From Psychrilyobacter sp. (GTDB taxonomy: Bacteria; Fusobacteriota; Fusobacteriia; Fusobacteriales; Fusobacteriaceae), in contig NZ_JBAHZY010000140.1 in NCBI RefSeq assembly GCF_037132775.1, positions 37,384 through 101,383 on the forward strand: 64,000 nt of DNA, in the 5' to 3' direction. The notes under the pieces are model-generated. The model had not been told where the DNA came from. It saw only the letters and a list, made by a program, of their open reading frames with translations, and did not search any database. Numbering within the stretch: position 1 is the stretch's first letter; the number at the start of each line of letters is the position of its first letter. The position numbers and the translations under genes are program-made. Positions 51,292 to 60,575 of the stretch are shown piece after piece.

Positions 51292-51732
51292 CTACTCTCT
51301 AAATGTTATAAAGTAATTCCAAAAAAAATTAAAAAATGTAGCGATTCCTATTCCTATTATCTGAGCTATTACCTTAATTATTTTATCAGGATTAGATCCT
51401 GCATATTTTTTTATTATATCATAGGCCAATTCATTTCCCGATAAAAATTCTACTGCTATTTTTAGGATAGATAAATTAATTATAAAGTTTAATAAACTTA
51501 TTATAATAAAATGTAGATATTTTTTCTTTACACTCTTGCCTTTCCTCTTACCTTTGAATGTCCAAATGAAATTCAAGTAAAAATTACTACTTACTGCAAA
51601 TAAAAAAGCTACTGTAGCTGCTACAAGATAGTTTACATTTAAAGTTATAAGGGCAGTGTAGATCAAGATGTTCACTATTACCTCGCTAGCACCTACTAAA
51701 CCAAACTTCATAAATATTTTAATTATCTCCAA
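51292..51732 (-). CDS. GtrA family flippase-like membrane protein
   Basis: KFGLVG, NF.LN..WTF, NF......TF; TTG start. Confidence 0.9.
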   Translation of the reverse strand: MEIIKIFMKFGLVGASEVIVNILIYTALITLNVNYLVAATVAFLFAVSSNFYLNFIWTFKGKRKGKSVKKKYLHFIIISLLNFIINLSILKIAVEFLSGNELAYDIIKKYAGSNPDKIIKVIAQIIGIGIATFFNFFWNYFITFRE

Positions 51733-51747
51733 CTTTCAACTCTCCCT

Positions 51748-52458
51748 CTAAATATTTTTTAAATATTTTACTTCCTCTTTTGTAAGGTGTCTATATTTCC
51801 CAACTTCTAAATCATCCATAGCAATGGTACCAATTTTTACTCTAGTTAGGCTTATAACTCTATGTTCAATAGCCTCTAGCATCCTTCTAATCTGACGATT
51901 TCTACCCTCTCTAATGGATACAGTCAACCAAGTAGTGCTCCCCTCTTCCTTTAAGAACCTTACCTTAGCTGGCAGTGTCAAACCATCTTCTAGTTTTATC
52001 CCTGCTTTTAATTGGCCCAACTTTATTTTTTTTATGATTCCTGCAGCCTGAATTAAATATTTTTTATACACTTCTCCTTTAGGATGAATTACTTTATTAT
52101 ACAAGTCTCCATCATTGGTTAATATGATCATCCCTTCGGTATCGTAGTCTAATCTTCCTACCGGGTAGATCCTTTCCTTTGTTTTTATAAAGTCTATTAC
52201 AGTTCTTCTACCTCTATCATCTTTCACTGCACTTATTACTTTTTTAGGTTTATTTAAAAGGTAGTATACTTTTTTTTCCTTTGTCTTTCCTATCACTCTT
52301 CCGTTTACTGATATTTCATCTTTGATATTTACCTTTATCCCCGGGCTTGGACACTCACCGTTGACCATTATCTTTTTTTCTTCTACCATCTTATCTATCT
52401 CACGCCTTGACCCTATCCCCATAGACGCAAGGTATTTATTTAATCTTACTTTTTCCAT
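51748..52458 (-). CDS. rluB: rRNA pseudouridine synthase, RluB/RsuA family
   Basis: S4 domain RLNKYLA..G..SRRE, YPVGRLD, EGRNRQIRRM; next to scpB. Confidence 0.88.
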   Translation of the reverse strand: MEKVRLNKYLASMGIGSRREIDKMVEEKKIMVNGECPSPGIKVNIKDEISVNGRVIGKTKEKKVYYLLNKPKKVISAVKDDRGRRTVIDFIKTKERIYPVGRLDYDTEGMIILTNDGDLYNKVIHPKGEVYKKYLIQAAGIIKKIKLGQLKAGIKLEDGLTLPAKVRFLKEEGSTTWLTVSIREGRNRQIRRMLEAIEHRVISLTRVKIGTIAMDDLEVGKYRHLTKEEVKYLKNI

Positions 52459-52491
52459 TTTTTCCTCCAGTTTTCTCTATCATAAATTTAT

Positions 52492-53049
52492 TTAGCTTTT
52501 AGTTATCACTACCTCAACTGTACCTAATTCTTCCCTTATCTCTGTGTAATTTGGCAACTTTGTTAAATCATCTATATTTAAATAATTTAAAAAATTATCC
52601 GTTGTACTATATAAATTTGGTCTTCCAATTGTTTCTAATTTCCCACTAGAATAGACCAAATCTTTCTCCTCTAAGTTATGAATAACCCTTTCTACACTTA
52701 CCCCTCTTATAGATTCAATATGATTTTTTGTTACTGGCTGTTTATACGCTATTATAGAAAGGGTTTCCATGGCTGCCCTAGATAATTTTTTAGGTTTACT
52801 TTCTTGGTTAAAAAAATTATGAACAGCTTCTCCGTATTTAGGATTGGTTTCAAAATATACCATTCCCTTTTCAATTTTTAAATTTATTCCACAATTTTTT
52901 TTCTTCTCTTCCAATCTTTCCAAATACTCTATCATTTTTTCCACATTTATACTGTAAAATTTAGCTAATTCTTTTACCTCTAATTCTGAGGCTAAATATA
53001 ACATCGCTTCTATCTCTTTTACTATAATTTGTATATTTTCCCTATTCAT
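52492..53049 (-). CDS. scpB: SMC-Scp complex subunit ScpB
   Basis: LSRAAMETLSIIAYKQPVT...IE.IRGV, GRP.LY.TT..FL. Confidence 0.96.
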   Translation of the reverse strand: MNRENIQIIVKEIEAMLYLASELEVKELAKFYSINVEKMIEYLERLEEKKKNCGINLKIEKGMVYFETNPKYGEAVHNFFNQESKPKKLSRAAMETLSIIAYKQPVTKNHIESIRGVSVERVIHNLEEKDLVYSSGKLETIGRPNLYSTTDNFLNYLNIDDLTKLPNYTEIREELGTVEVVITKS

Positions 53050-54698
53050 TCTTCACTCCTGTCATACAGGGTGTTTAAGTATTTAGATGTCAGGTATATA
53101 TCAATACCGTTAACTTCATACCTTTTTCCCCCTGTCAAATAAATTTTATTTGGTATTTTCATAGCATTTCCCTCTATATCTTCATTGATCTGCAATATGT
53201 TCATATCTCCAAATTTCGATAAATTATTGAGGTAAAGTCCCCCTACCAGGCTTAAATTTTCTTCAACATCTATATTTTTTTTATCACTAAAATAAGAATA
53301 TCTCTTAAATATACTACCGCTATAAAGTTTGTCTTTCAGATTTTCCGTCTCTAAATCGCCATAAAACAATATATATTCCCATTTAGAGTAAGTAGTTTTT
53401 TCATCTAATACATACTTTTTTATCCCGTCACCTGATATAAAATTTTTAAATAGATAGCTTTTTAATATCTCTTCCATATGAATATATTTTTTTTCCTGAC
53501 TCATCTCACTATATAACTTTAAAAGATTATAGGTATAATAATAAATCTTAAATTCATAACCTTTTTCCAAAATAGTTTTTTTATTGAAATCTAGTTTTAT
53601 ACTTTCTACTATTTTATCTATTTTATTTTGAAGTTTTTTTCTATTTTCGTTTAAAAATTTAGTGTCATCTGATTTTTTTAGATACATCAGGTATACATAT
53701 CCTTCCTGAACCTCTTCAATAGTCAACTTTGTTCTTTTAAGGTAGGAAAATTCCTCTTCTTTTTGCATTAGTCTGGTTAAAATTTGTTTAGCATCTTCAA
53801 AATATCCATACCTTATAAATGTCATAGCTGTATAGAGTATATCTTTTATTTTAGACTCTTCCCTCAAACCTATATTGGTGTAGTAGTCAAATCCATTGGT
53901 AGAAGTTTTTAAATAGATCAGAAATCTCTCCATAATCTTTTGCATTCTAGTGTCAACTACTAAAGGTATTGGCTTTAGCCACTCCATCCAATAACTCTTT
54001 TCTAAAGATAACAACCTTTTAGAATTTTCAAAAGATAAAAAATTTGGGGCCTTTTTATACCTGATTTGAATTATATCTGACTTTTCTCTGTCTGATATCC
54101 TTACTTTACTAGACATTATTATCTTCTGACCCCTATATTTTATAGAAGAACCCTCTATTTTTTTTAATTTAACTGCCTCTAAATCACTGGTTGGAATTAT
54201 ATACCCTTTCATTGAATTTTTTAAATTTTTTATATATATATTTTCATTATATTTATAATAATCTTTTGTTTTTTTATATTCTATAATTCCGTTTTTGTCT
54301 GACATATTAAAGAGATATAGAAACTCTAAAGTTTCACTTTTTTTTATCTCATAATTATTTATAATATAGAATGAATTTTTATCTACCATAGATGGGATAT
54401 AGGTAGTTTTAATTTCCCCATATGGCAATTTTGCAACGGTCTCAAAAATATTCGTTTGTGGAATAAATCTTTTAGAAATTATATAATCCGACAAAAAATA
54501 ATATTCTCCCTTGTAATATACTCCTACTTCAAGACTATCTATATCGGCTTTATAAGTTCCCATGTCCCCATTAAATCTAGTTATTTTATTATATTTTTCA
54601 TTGTATTTAAAACTCAGTTCTCCATTAGAAGTTATGAATTCACTGCTCGAAAAAAGGAGGGTTTTTAGAATGAAAAAAAGTAGTATATTTTTTTTCAT
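53046..54698 (-). CDS. Exported hypothetical protein, possibly a divergent GH15-like/six-hairpin fold
   Basis: N-terminal signal-like segment, beta-rich N-half, YW.EWL linker, helical C-half; fold call is weak. Confidence 0.55.
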   Translation of the reverse strand: MKKNILLFFILKTLLFSSSEFITSNGELSFKYNEKYNKITRFNGDMGTYKADIDSLEVGVYYKGEYYFLSDYIISKRFIPQTNIFETVAKLPYGEIKTTYIPSMVDKNSFYIINNYEIKKSETLEFLYLFNMSDKNGIIEYKKTKDYYKYNENIYIKNLKNSMKGYIIPTSDLEAVKLKKIEGSSIKYRGQKIIMSSKVRISDREKSDIIQIRYKKAPNFLSFENSKRLLSLEKSYWMEWLKPIPLVVDTRMQKIMERFLIYLKTSTNGFDYYTNIGLREESKIKDILYTAMTFIRYGYFEDAKQILTRLMQKEEEFSYLKRTKLTIEEVQEGYVYLMYLKKSDDTKFLNENRKKLQNKIDKIVESIKLDFNKKTILEKGYEFKIYYYTYNLLKLYSEMSQEKKYIHMEEILKSYLFKNFISGDGIKKYVLDEKTTYSKWEYILFYGDLETENLKDKLYSGSIFKRYSYFSDKKNIDVEENLSLVGGLYLNNLSKFGDMNILQINEDIEGNAMKIPNKIYLTGGKRYEVNGIDIYLTSKYLNTLYDRSEE

Positions 54699-54717
54699 CT
54701 GCCCCCTCCCCTTTTAT

Positions 54718-55773
54718 TTAATAATCTTTCTCTGGAGATATTAAAACACTCTTATATTCATCAAAATTTTGTAGTAATATCTCTATCCCATTCACTACAC
54801 AATTTAATGGGTTCTCAGAGGATCTTACCTCTAGTTGGATACTTTCTGCTATTTTTTGATCTAAACCTCTAATTTCAGCTCCTCCACCGGTTAATATTAC
54901 TCCCTTCCTTTTAATATCAGCTGATAGCTCAGGTGGTGTTTTTTCTAAGACTAATTTTATCTCTTCAACTATCTTTTTTATTAGAGGCATTATGGCCTCC
55001 TGCACCTCCAATGAAGATATCATAACATTTTTAGGTAATCCATTTAAAATATTTCTTCCACTTATTTCATAGGTTATTTCTTCATCTCCTGCCAAGGCAG
55101 TGGCTATATTAATTTTGATATCTTCTGCTGTTTTTTCACCTATAAGTAGATCATATCTCTGCCTTACATATTCCCCTATGGCCACATCAAATTTATCTCC
55201 TGCAATCTTCAATGAAGATGTCCTTACTATTCCTCCCAATGAAATCACGGCTATTTCTGTAGTTCCTCCACCTATGTCAACTATTAAATTTCCTTCTGGA
55301 TCAAAAATATTTATTCCTACTCCAATAGCGGCCGCCATAGGTTCCTCTATTAAATAAGCTTCTCTAGCTCCAGCCTCTAATGTTACGTCTATTACAGCTC
55401 TTCTTTCTACTTGAGAAACACCTGCAGGGACACATATGACTACTCTGGGACTGCTTAGAAAACTTCTCTTATGAACTCTTTTATAAAATTCACGGAGCAT
55501 CTTCTCTGTTATTTCATAATCTGCTATTACGCCATTTCTTAAGGGTCTTATGGCTTCACAACTATCAGGTGTCCTACCTATCATTTTTTTTGCTTTTTCA
55601 CCCACAGCAATTATATCTTTTGTTCTTGTGTTTATAGAAACTACTGATGGTTCGTTTAATACTACACCTTTATTTTTTACACATACCAATGTATTTGCTG
55701 TCCCTAAATCTATCCCCAGGTCTTCTGAAAAAATCCCAAATATATTTTTAGTTAACTTTAATATTTTTAACAT
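54718..55773 (-). CDS. mreB: Rod shape-determining protein MreB
   Basis: GIDLGTANT, EPSVV, EEPMAAAIG, VDIGGGTTE, LTGGG. Confidence 0.97.
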   Translation of the reverse strand: MLKILKLTKNIFGIFSEDLGIDLGTANTLVCVKNKGVVLNEPSVVSINTRTKDIIAVGEKAKKMIGRTPDSCEAIRPLRNGVIADYEITEKMLREFYKRVHKRSFLSSPRVVICVPAGVSQVERRAVIDVTLEAGAREAYLIEEPMAAAIGVGINIFDPEGNLIVDIGGGTTEIAVISLGGIVRTSSLKIAGDKFDVAIGEYVRQRYDLLIGEKTAEDIKINIATALAGDEEITYEISGRNILNGLPKNVMISSLEVQEAIMPLIKKIVEEIKLVLEKTPPELSADIKRKGVILTGGGAEIRGLDQKIAESIQLEVRSSENPLNCVVNGIEILLQNFDEYKSVLISPEKDY

Positions 55774-55782
55774 TTTATCCTC

Positions 55783-56367
55783 CTACAACTCTATTATGTT
55801 TTGTATTTTTATTCCGTGTTTTTTTAGATCATCTACAAATTTTGAAATTGGAAACCCCATGACATTATAAAATCCACCCTCGATCTTATCAATCAATATT
55901 CCTGCTCCTACACCCTGTATCCCATAAGATCCTGCTTTATCCATTGGTTCCCCTGTTTTTATATACCAATCTATCTCTGATTTTGATATTTTTTTAAATT
56001 CTACAATAGTTTTATCATAGCCGGAAATAAATATTGCTCTACTCTTATTAATGAGAGAGTATGCCGTTATTACTTCATGAGTTCTACCAGAAAGGTTGGT
56101 CAGTGTTGAAAATGCTTCTTGACAGTCCTTTGGTTTGCCCAAGATCTCACCATCTAAAATAACCACAGTATCTGCTGACAATACAAATTCCTCTGGGTAA
56201 GATTTTGCTACTTCTACCCCTTTTTTTATAGCTATATCTACCACTTGTTCAACCAGGTCTTCTTTATCACTTATTTCTTCTATTTCAGCAACAACTACCT
56301 TTATTTTTTTAATTCCAAAATTACTCAAAATTTCCAATCTTCTGGGAGATTTAGAAGCTAATATCAT
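55783..56367 (-). CDS. maf: Maf nucleoside triphosphate pyrophosphatase
   Basis: ILASKSPRR, ADTVV, GKP, DKAGSYGIQG, NVMGFP. Confidence 0.96.
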   Translation of the reverse strand: MILASKSPRRLEILSNFGIKKIKVVVAEIEEISDKEDLVEQVVDIAIKKGVEVAKSYPEEFVLSADTVVILDGEILGKPKDCQEAFSTLTNLSGRTHEVITAYSLINKSRAIFISGYDKTIVEFKKISKSEIDWYIKTGEPMDKAGSYGIQGVGAGILIDKIEGGFYNVMGFPISKFVDDLKKHGIKIQNIIEL

Positions 56368-57236
56368 TTTTTCACCTTTTCTGTTTTAAATTCAAAATGT
56401 AACTGTCCTTCCATCATCGCCTCTATTCCATCTGTCTTGTCTTCTTTATCTATTTTTTCTTTATCTATTTTTTTATTATCTATCAGATCTATACCACTTA
56501 TGTGTAGTCGTTTCCCCATAGATATTTCTTTATTTGTTTTCATCTGATTTTTTAATTCTAAAATCTTTTCTTTTCTTTGTTTTTCACTTGTTTTTTCAAT
56601 TATAATTTGCTTTTCCCTCTCTATTTTTTCTCGTTTTTCTTTCTCTAAAATTTGTTTTTTTATTTGTTTTTCCTTTTTCATCAAATTTTTTATTTGTTTT
56701 CGATTTTCACAATTTTCCTTGAGATAATGTTTAAGTGTTTTCCTAACCATATTTCCTATTATCTTTCCAAATAATATAAACGAGGAGAAAAATAGTATTG
56801 TTCCTGTTACTGCTATATTAATATTAACAGGCACTAAAAAATAAAATTTATAAAGAAACATAGTGATTAACATCCCTAGGTTTTTGTATACATAGAGATA
56901 GATAAATATTTTCTTCTCTAGATTCTCTTTTTCTAAATCAGCTACATAAAGCAACAATTGAAGGTTGCTAAGACATATCAACAAAACAAAGAAAAAATTA
57001 AGCCTCATTAAAAAGACTGTTCTTTTGTTTAAATCTGATATGAAAGTGGAAAAAACACTCAATATTAAGTATGGAAGTAAAACACTTCTAAACCCTCCCA
57101 ATACCTCTCCTAAACACTCATAGGTCTCACTTAAATATACTTTTCTCCCATCTGCAATATAAATATATATCAATAATACTATTAAAATAATTTTTAATAA
57201 AATATAAGGTTTCTCCTTCTTATCCAAAATGACCAT
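56364..57236 (-). CDS. Hypothetical membrane protein with C-terminal Lys/Glu coiled coil
   Basis: Several TM segments then a highly charged tail; ATGA overlap with maf. Confidence 0.75.
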   Translation of the reverse strand: MVILDKKEKPYILLKIILIVLLIYIYIADGRKVYLSETYECLGEVLGGFRSVLLPYLILSVFSTFISDLNKRTVFLMRLNFFFVLLICLSNLQLLLYVADLEKENLEKKIFIYLYVYKNLGMLITMFLYKFYFLVPVNINIAVTGTILFFSSFILFGKIIGNMVRKTLKHYLKENCENRKQIKNLMKKEKQIKKQILEKEKREKIEREKQIIIEKTSEKQRKEKILELKNQMKTNKEISMGKRLHISGIDLIDNKKIDKEKIDKEDKTDGIEAMMEGQLHFEFKTEKVKK

Positions 57237-57268
57237 CCTATCTACCCAAAAATCGAACTTTTATTGTA

Positions 57269-57297
57269 ATTTTATCATATGAGGTAGCAAAATACAA
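57269..57297 (-). promoter_or_regulatory. Sigma-70 promoter heading the maf-mreB-...-gat operon
   Basis: TTGTAT-17 bp-TAAAAT with extended -10 TG (minus strand). Confidence 0.6.
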
Positions 57298-57370
57298 GTT
57301 TAGAACATGCAAATATCCAGTAAATACACCAATAATATATATAATTATCCGACCCAAGTTTATTTTGAAT

Positions 57371-58753
57371 TTAATAAGTTGAAAATCCACTTATATTTTG
57401 AATATCATATAAAAATTTATTACTTAGGTACCCTTCCTCTAATTTTTCTTTTTCTATAATATAGGTATTTTCATCATTGTTCCACAACATATCAAAATAT
57501 TGTTCTATATCTACAGCCAGTTTGGAATTTAAAGGAGCTACTACCCTTATATTGGTATCCAAAGTATAATCTCGAATATTTCTCTTGGTTAAATTAGCTG
57601 AACCTCCGTTTACTACCATCTTATCAGAAGTTTTTATAACTATTAGCTTAGTATGATATTGCTCTCCTGAGGATTTATACCACTTTACTTCTATTCTGCC
57701 TTTACTTTTATCTATTAATTTTTTACCTGTTACCTTATTTGGTAAGCCTGTTTTTTTCATCCCGAAGGCCTCTTTATTTTCATCCAGTATAAGCCTTATT
57801 CTGACACCTTTTTTGGCTGCAGCAACTAGTTTTTTCATAATTGCCTTATCTCCTAAATAAAACATACCTATATAAATCTCATCCCCACTTTGGCTATTAT
57901 CTATATCACGGTCCAAAACTTCTCCTATCTTTCCCTCGGTGAGTAATTGCACCTTATACTCACCTTTATTCTGAAACTCAACTACAGGCAATCCCATTTT
58001 AACTCCTGATAATTCTCCTACAGCTTTCTCCGAATCTACCATTGAATTTATTATTCCACCATCAAATTTAAAGCCTATATTGGAGTGGTATCCACTGGCA
58101 CTGTGAGGATTAGCCGAAGTTATAAAGGCTTCTTTTTCTGTGACCAATACCTTTCTATGATTCCCCTTTAAATTAATTAATTTCAAATAGGATCTTATGG
58201 TTACTTTCGGTGCTTCTGGGCTGAATGGATTTGGCAGCCACCCTCCTCCGCCTGTTCCAAACCAACTGAAAAAATACCTCCAAAATGCAGAATAAAATTT
58301 ATTTGCTCCATTGGTTTCTGTAAGATCTGTTAAAATAACTGTAATTCCATTTTTTTCTAACTCCTCCAGCTCATATGACTTATAAACACCATAAAAAGTA
58401 TTTATCTCATCAGTTATAAAATATATCTGAATTTTTTTATCTTCCATCTTTTTCTTTATCAGAGCCTTTGTAATTCCAGAGGATACTTTTGGAAAATTAA
58501 ATTCGTTGGCATTGTATAAATTATTAAACAAAAATACATCCATAACTATAAATTCTTCTGCATCCTCTATTATCTTTTTCATCTGATTAAAAATTCTATG
58601 CTCTGTATAGACAATATCGTTTTTTTTATAGGTTAAATCATAATAAAATTCCACATTATCCGTTTGATATATCGGACTCTCCATGGATATATTGGGTGGA
58701 AGGTTGCTACATCCACAGAGAACCAAAAAAAATAAAATTATAATTTTCTTCAT
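57371..58753 (-). CDS. Phospholipase D family lipoprotein
   Basis: Lipobox LCG-C; two HxK motifs NHRKVLVTE...SAN and YHTKLIVI...GSANLT; start ATG 58753. Confidence 0.88.
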   Translation of the reverse strand: MKKIIILFFLVLCGCSNLPPNISMESPIYQTDNVEFYYDLTYKKNDIVYTEHRIFNQMKKIIEDAEEFIVMDVFLFNNLYNANEFNFPKVSSGITKALIKKKMEDKKIQIYFITDEINTFYGVYKSYELEELEKNGITVILTDLTETNGANKFYSAFWRYFFSWFGTGGGGWLPNPFSPEAPKVTIRSYLKLINLKGNHRKVLVTEKEAFITSANPHSASGYHSNIGFKFDGGIINSMVDSEKAVGELSGVKMGLPVVEFQNKGEYKVQLLTEGKIGEVLDRDIDNSQSGDEIYIGMFYLGDKAIMKKLVAAAKKGVRIRLILDENKEAFGMKKTGLPNKVTGKKLIDKSKGRIEVKWYKSSGEQYHTKLIVIKTSDKMVVNGGSANLTKRNIRDYTLDTNIRVVAPLNSKLAVDIEQYFDMLWNNDENTYIIEKEKLEEGYLSNKFLYDIQNISGFSTY

Positions 58754-59616
58754 CTTTTCACCCTCCTGTCTAACCACGTTAAAAGGTCATCATAGACCTC
58801 CCATTTGTTTATCTCATTTAACATCTCATGGCGTCCTTTTGCGTATAGTTTCAATGTAAGGTCTCTATATCCAATTTTTTTATAAAATCCATATAATTTT
58901 TTTACGCCAGACCCATAGGTTCCTACCGGGTCATCTGAACCAGAAAATATATACAGAGGAGTTTTTATATATTTTGTCTTCTCCTCTATTTTTAATGATT
59001 CTCTTAGAAGATAAAATAAGCCTTTAAAATAACTTGTATAAGGGATAAATCCACAGAGAGGATCAATCTCATACTCCTCCACACTCTCTTTATCTCTAGA
59101 TAGCCATCTAAAATTTTGATCTCCTAAAAACTTTAAATTATTCCTTCCAAATAACAGTTTATTTAATATAAGATCTCTTTTATTTCCAAACAAAAGTAGT
59201 GATTTAGATAAAAAATACCCAAATTTTATTGAAACCTTAGATGGTCTTGCAGATCCCGATAGGATAATCCCATCACTCCTTACCCCTCTTTCCAGTAAAA
59301 TTTGGGCCATAAAAGATCCCATACTATGCCCTAATATAAACAGAGGTCTGTTGTCTCTAATTCTTTCAATGGAGTCCACAATTTCCTCCAAAGAACCTTT
59401 GAACTCATCTTTTATTAATCCTAATTCATCTATTTTTTTTATATTATTTCCATGTCCAACATGATCTATCATGGCCACCCTGTATCCATTATTTTTTAGG
59501 TAATCAGCTATTCCTTCATATCTTTTTGAATATTCTCCCATACCATGGATTATAAATACTGTCCCCTTTATATGCATAGCTATAGAAGGTTCCCATAATT
59601 TGATTTTTTTTTCCAT
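58750..59616 (-). CDS. Alpha/beta hydrolase, lysophospholipase-like
   Basis: HGMGEY..RY, GHG, GHSMG, GSDDPV, RHEMLNE; start ATG 59616. Confidence 0.9.
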   Translation of the reverse strand: MEKKIKLWEPSIAMHIKGTVFIIHGMGEYSKRYEGIADYLKNNGYRVAMIDHVGHGNNIKKIDELGLIKDEFKGSLEEIVDSIERIRDNRPLFILGHSMGSFMAQILLERGVRSDGIILSGSARPSKVSIKFGYFLSKSLLLFGNKRDLILNKLLFGRNNLKFLGDQNFRWLSRDKESVEEYEIDPLCGFIPYTSYFKGLFYLLRESLKIEEKTKYIKTPLYIFSGSDDPVGTYGSGVKKLYGFYKKIGYRDLTLKLYAKGRHEMLNEINKWEVYDDLLTWLDRRVKR

Positions 59617-59697
59617 TCTCGGTATTCCTCCCACCTTCTATCATTAACTTAATTATATTGTAATTTTTATTTTTTTCCTATAGATATCTAGATATTA

Positions 59698-59730
59698 AAA
59701 AAATGAAACCTATTTCTAGATCTCATTTTT
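59698..59730 (-). terminator. Terminator after folE
   Basis: atgagatcta-gaaa-taggtttcat with T-run (minus strand). Confidence 0.7.
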
Positions 59731-59743
59731 GTTTATTTTTTTC

Positions 59744-60304
59744 CTACATATGCTTTATCAACGACAGTGCCTCTTCCCTAGTTGCAAGGTTAGTTCTAAA
59801 AATTCCCCTTACCCCAGATGTGATTGTTTTTGATCCTGGTTTCTGTATTCCCCTCATAGTCATACACATATGCTCTGCCTCTATTACAACCAACACTCCC
59901 TTCGCACCAAGTTTACTTGTCAAAGCTTCTACTATCTCACTATTTAATTTCTCTTGAAGTTGTGGTTTTTTAGATGCCACATCTACTACTCTAGCTAATT
60001 TACTCAGCCCTGTTACTTTTCCAGCTTCTGGGATATAGGCTATGTGCACCTTCCCATAAAACGGCAATAGGTGGTGTTCACACAATGAATAAAACTGAAT
60101 ATCCTTCACTATCACCATATCATTATGCTTTACATGGAAAAACACTGAAATTTCATCTGACGGATCTTTATGCAATCCTCCACAAATTTCACCAAACATC
60201 CTAGCCACTCTGTCTGGAGTTTCCAGTAAGCCTTCTCTATTTATATCTTCTCCTATACCTTCTAGGATTAATTTTACACCTTTCATTATCTTTTTTTTAT
60301 CCAT
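59744..60304 (-). CDS. folE: GTP cyclohydrolase I
   Basis: [35 protein letters not shown]. Confidence 0.98.
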   Translation of the reverse strand: MDKKKIMKGVKLILEGIGEDINREGLLETPDRVARMFGEICGGLHKDPSDEISVFFHVKHNDMVIVKDIQFYSLCEHHLLPFYGKVHIAYIPEAGKVTGLSKLARVVDVASKKPQLQEKLNSEIVEALTSKLGAKGVLVVIEAEHMCMTMRGIQKPGSKTITSGVRGIFRTNLATREEALSLIKHM

Positions 60305-60515
60305 AAAAAAATCCTCCTTCTCACTTTCGAATTATCTTTTTACAATATCCATTAAGGCTTCCATAAATAACCTTATATAATTTTTTATATCTTATCATAT
60401 TTTTAGTTTAAAATCATCAAAAATAACTCCCAAGTAAATTATACCCCATAAAAAAAGTAAAACACCTATCATAAAAAACACTTCACATTTCTTCTTAATA
60501 TTATGAACACCTTTC

Positions 60516-60544
60516 TTGTAATAGCCAGATAAATAGTATATAAT
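60516..60544 (+). promoter_or_regulatory. Sigma-70 promoter of hslU
   Basis: TTGTAA-17 bp-TATAAT, then GAGGAGG RBS. Confidence 0.7.
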
Positions 60545-60575
60545 ATGTCGTAAACACTGTTCTGAGGAGGAAAAA

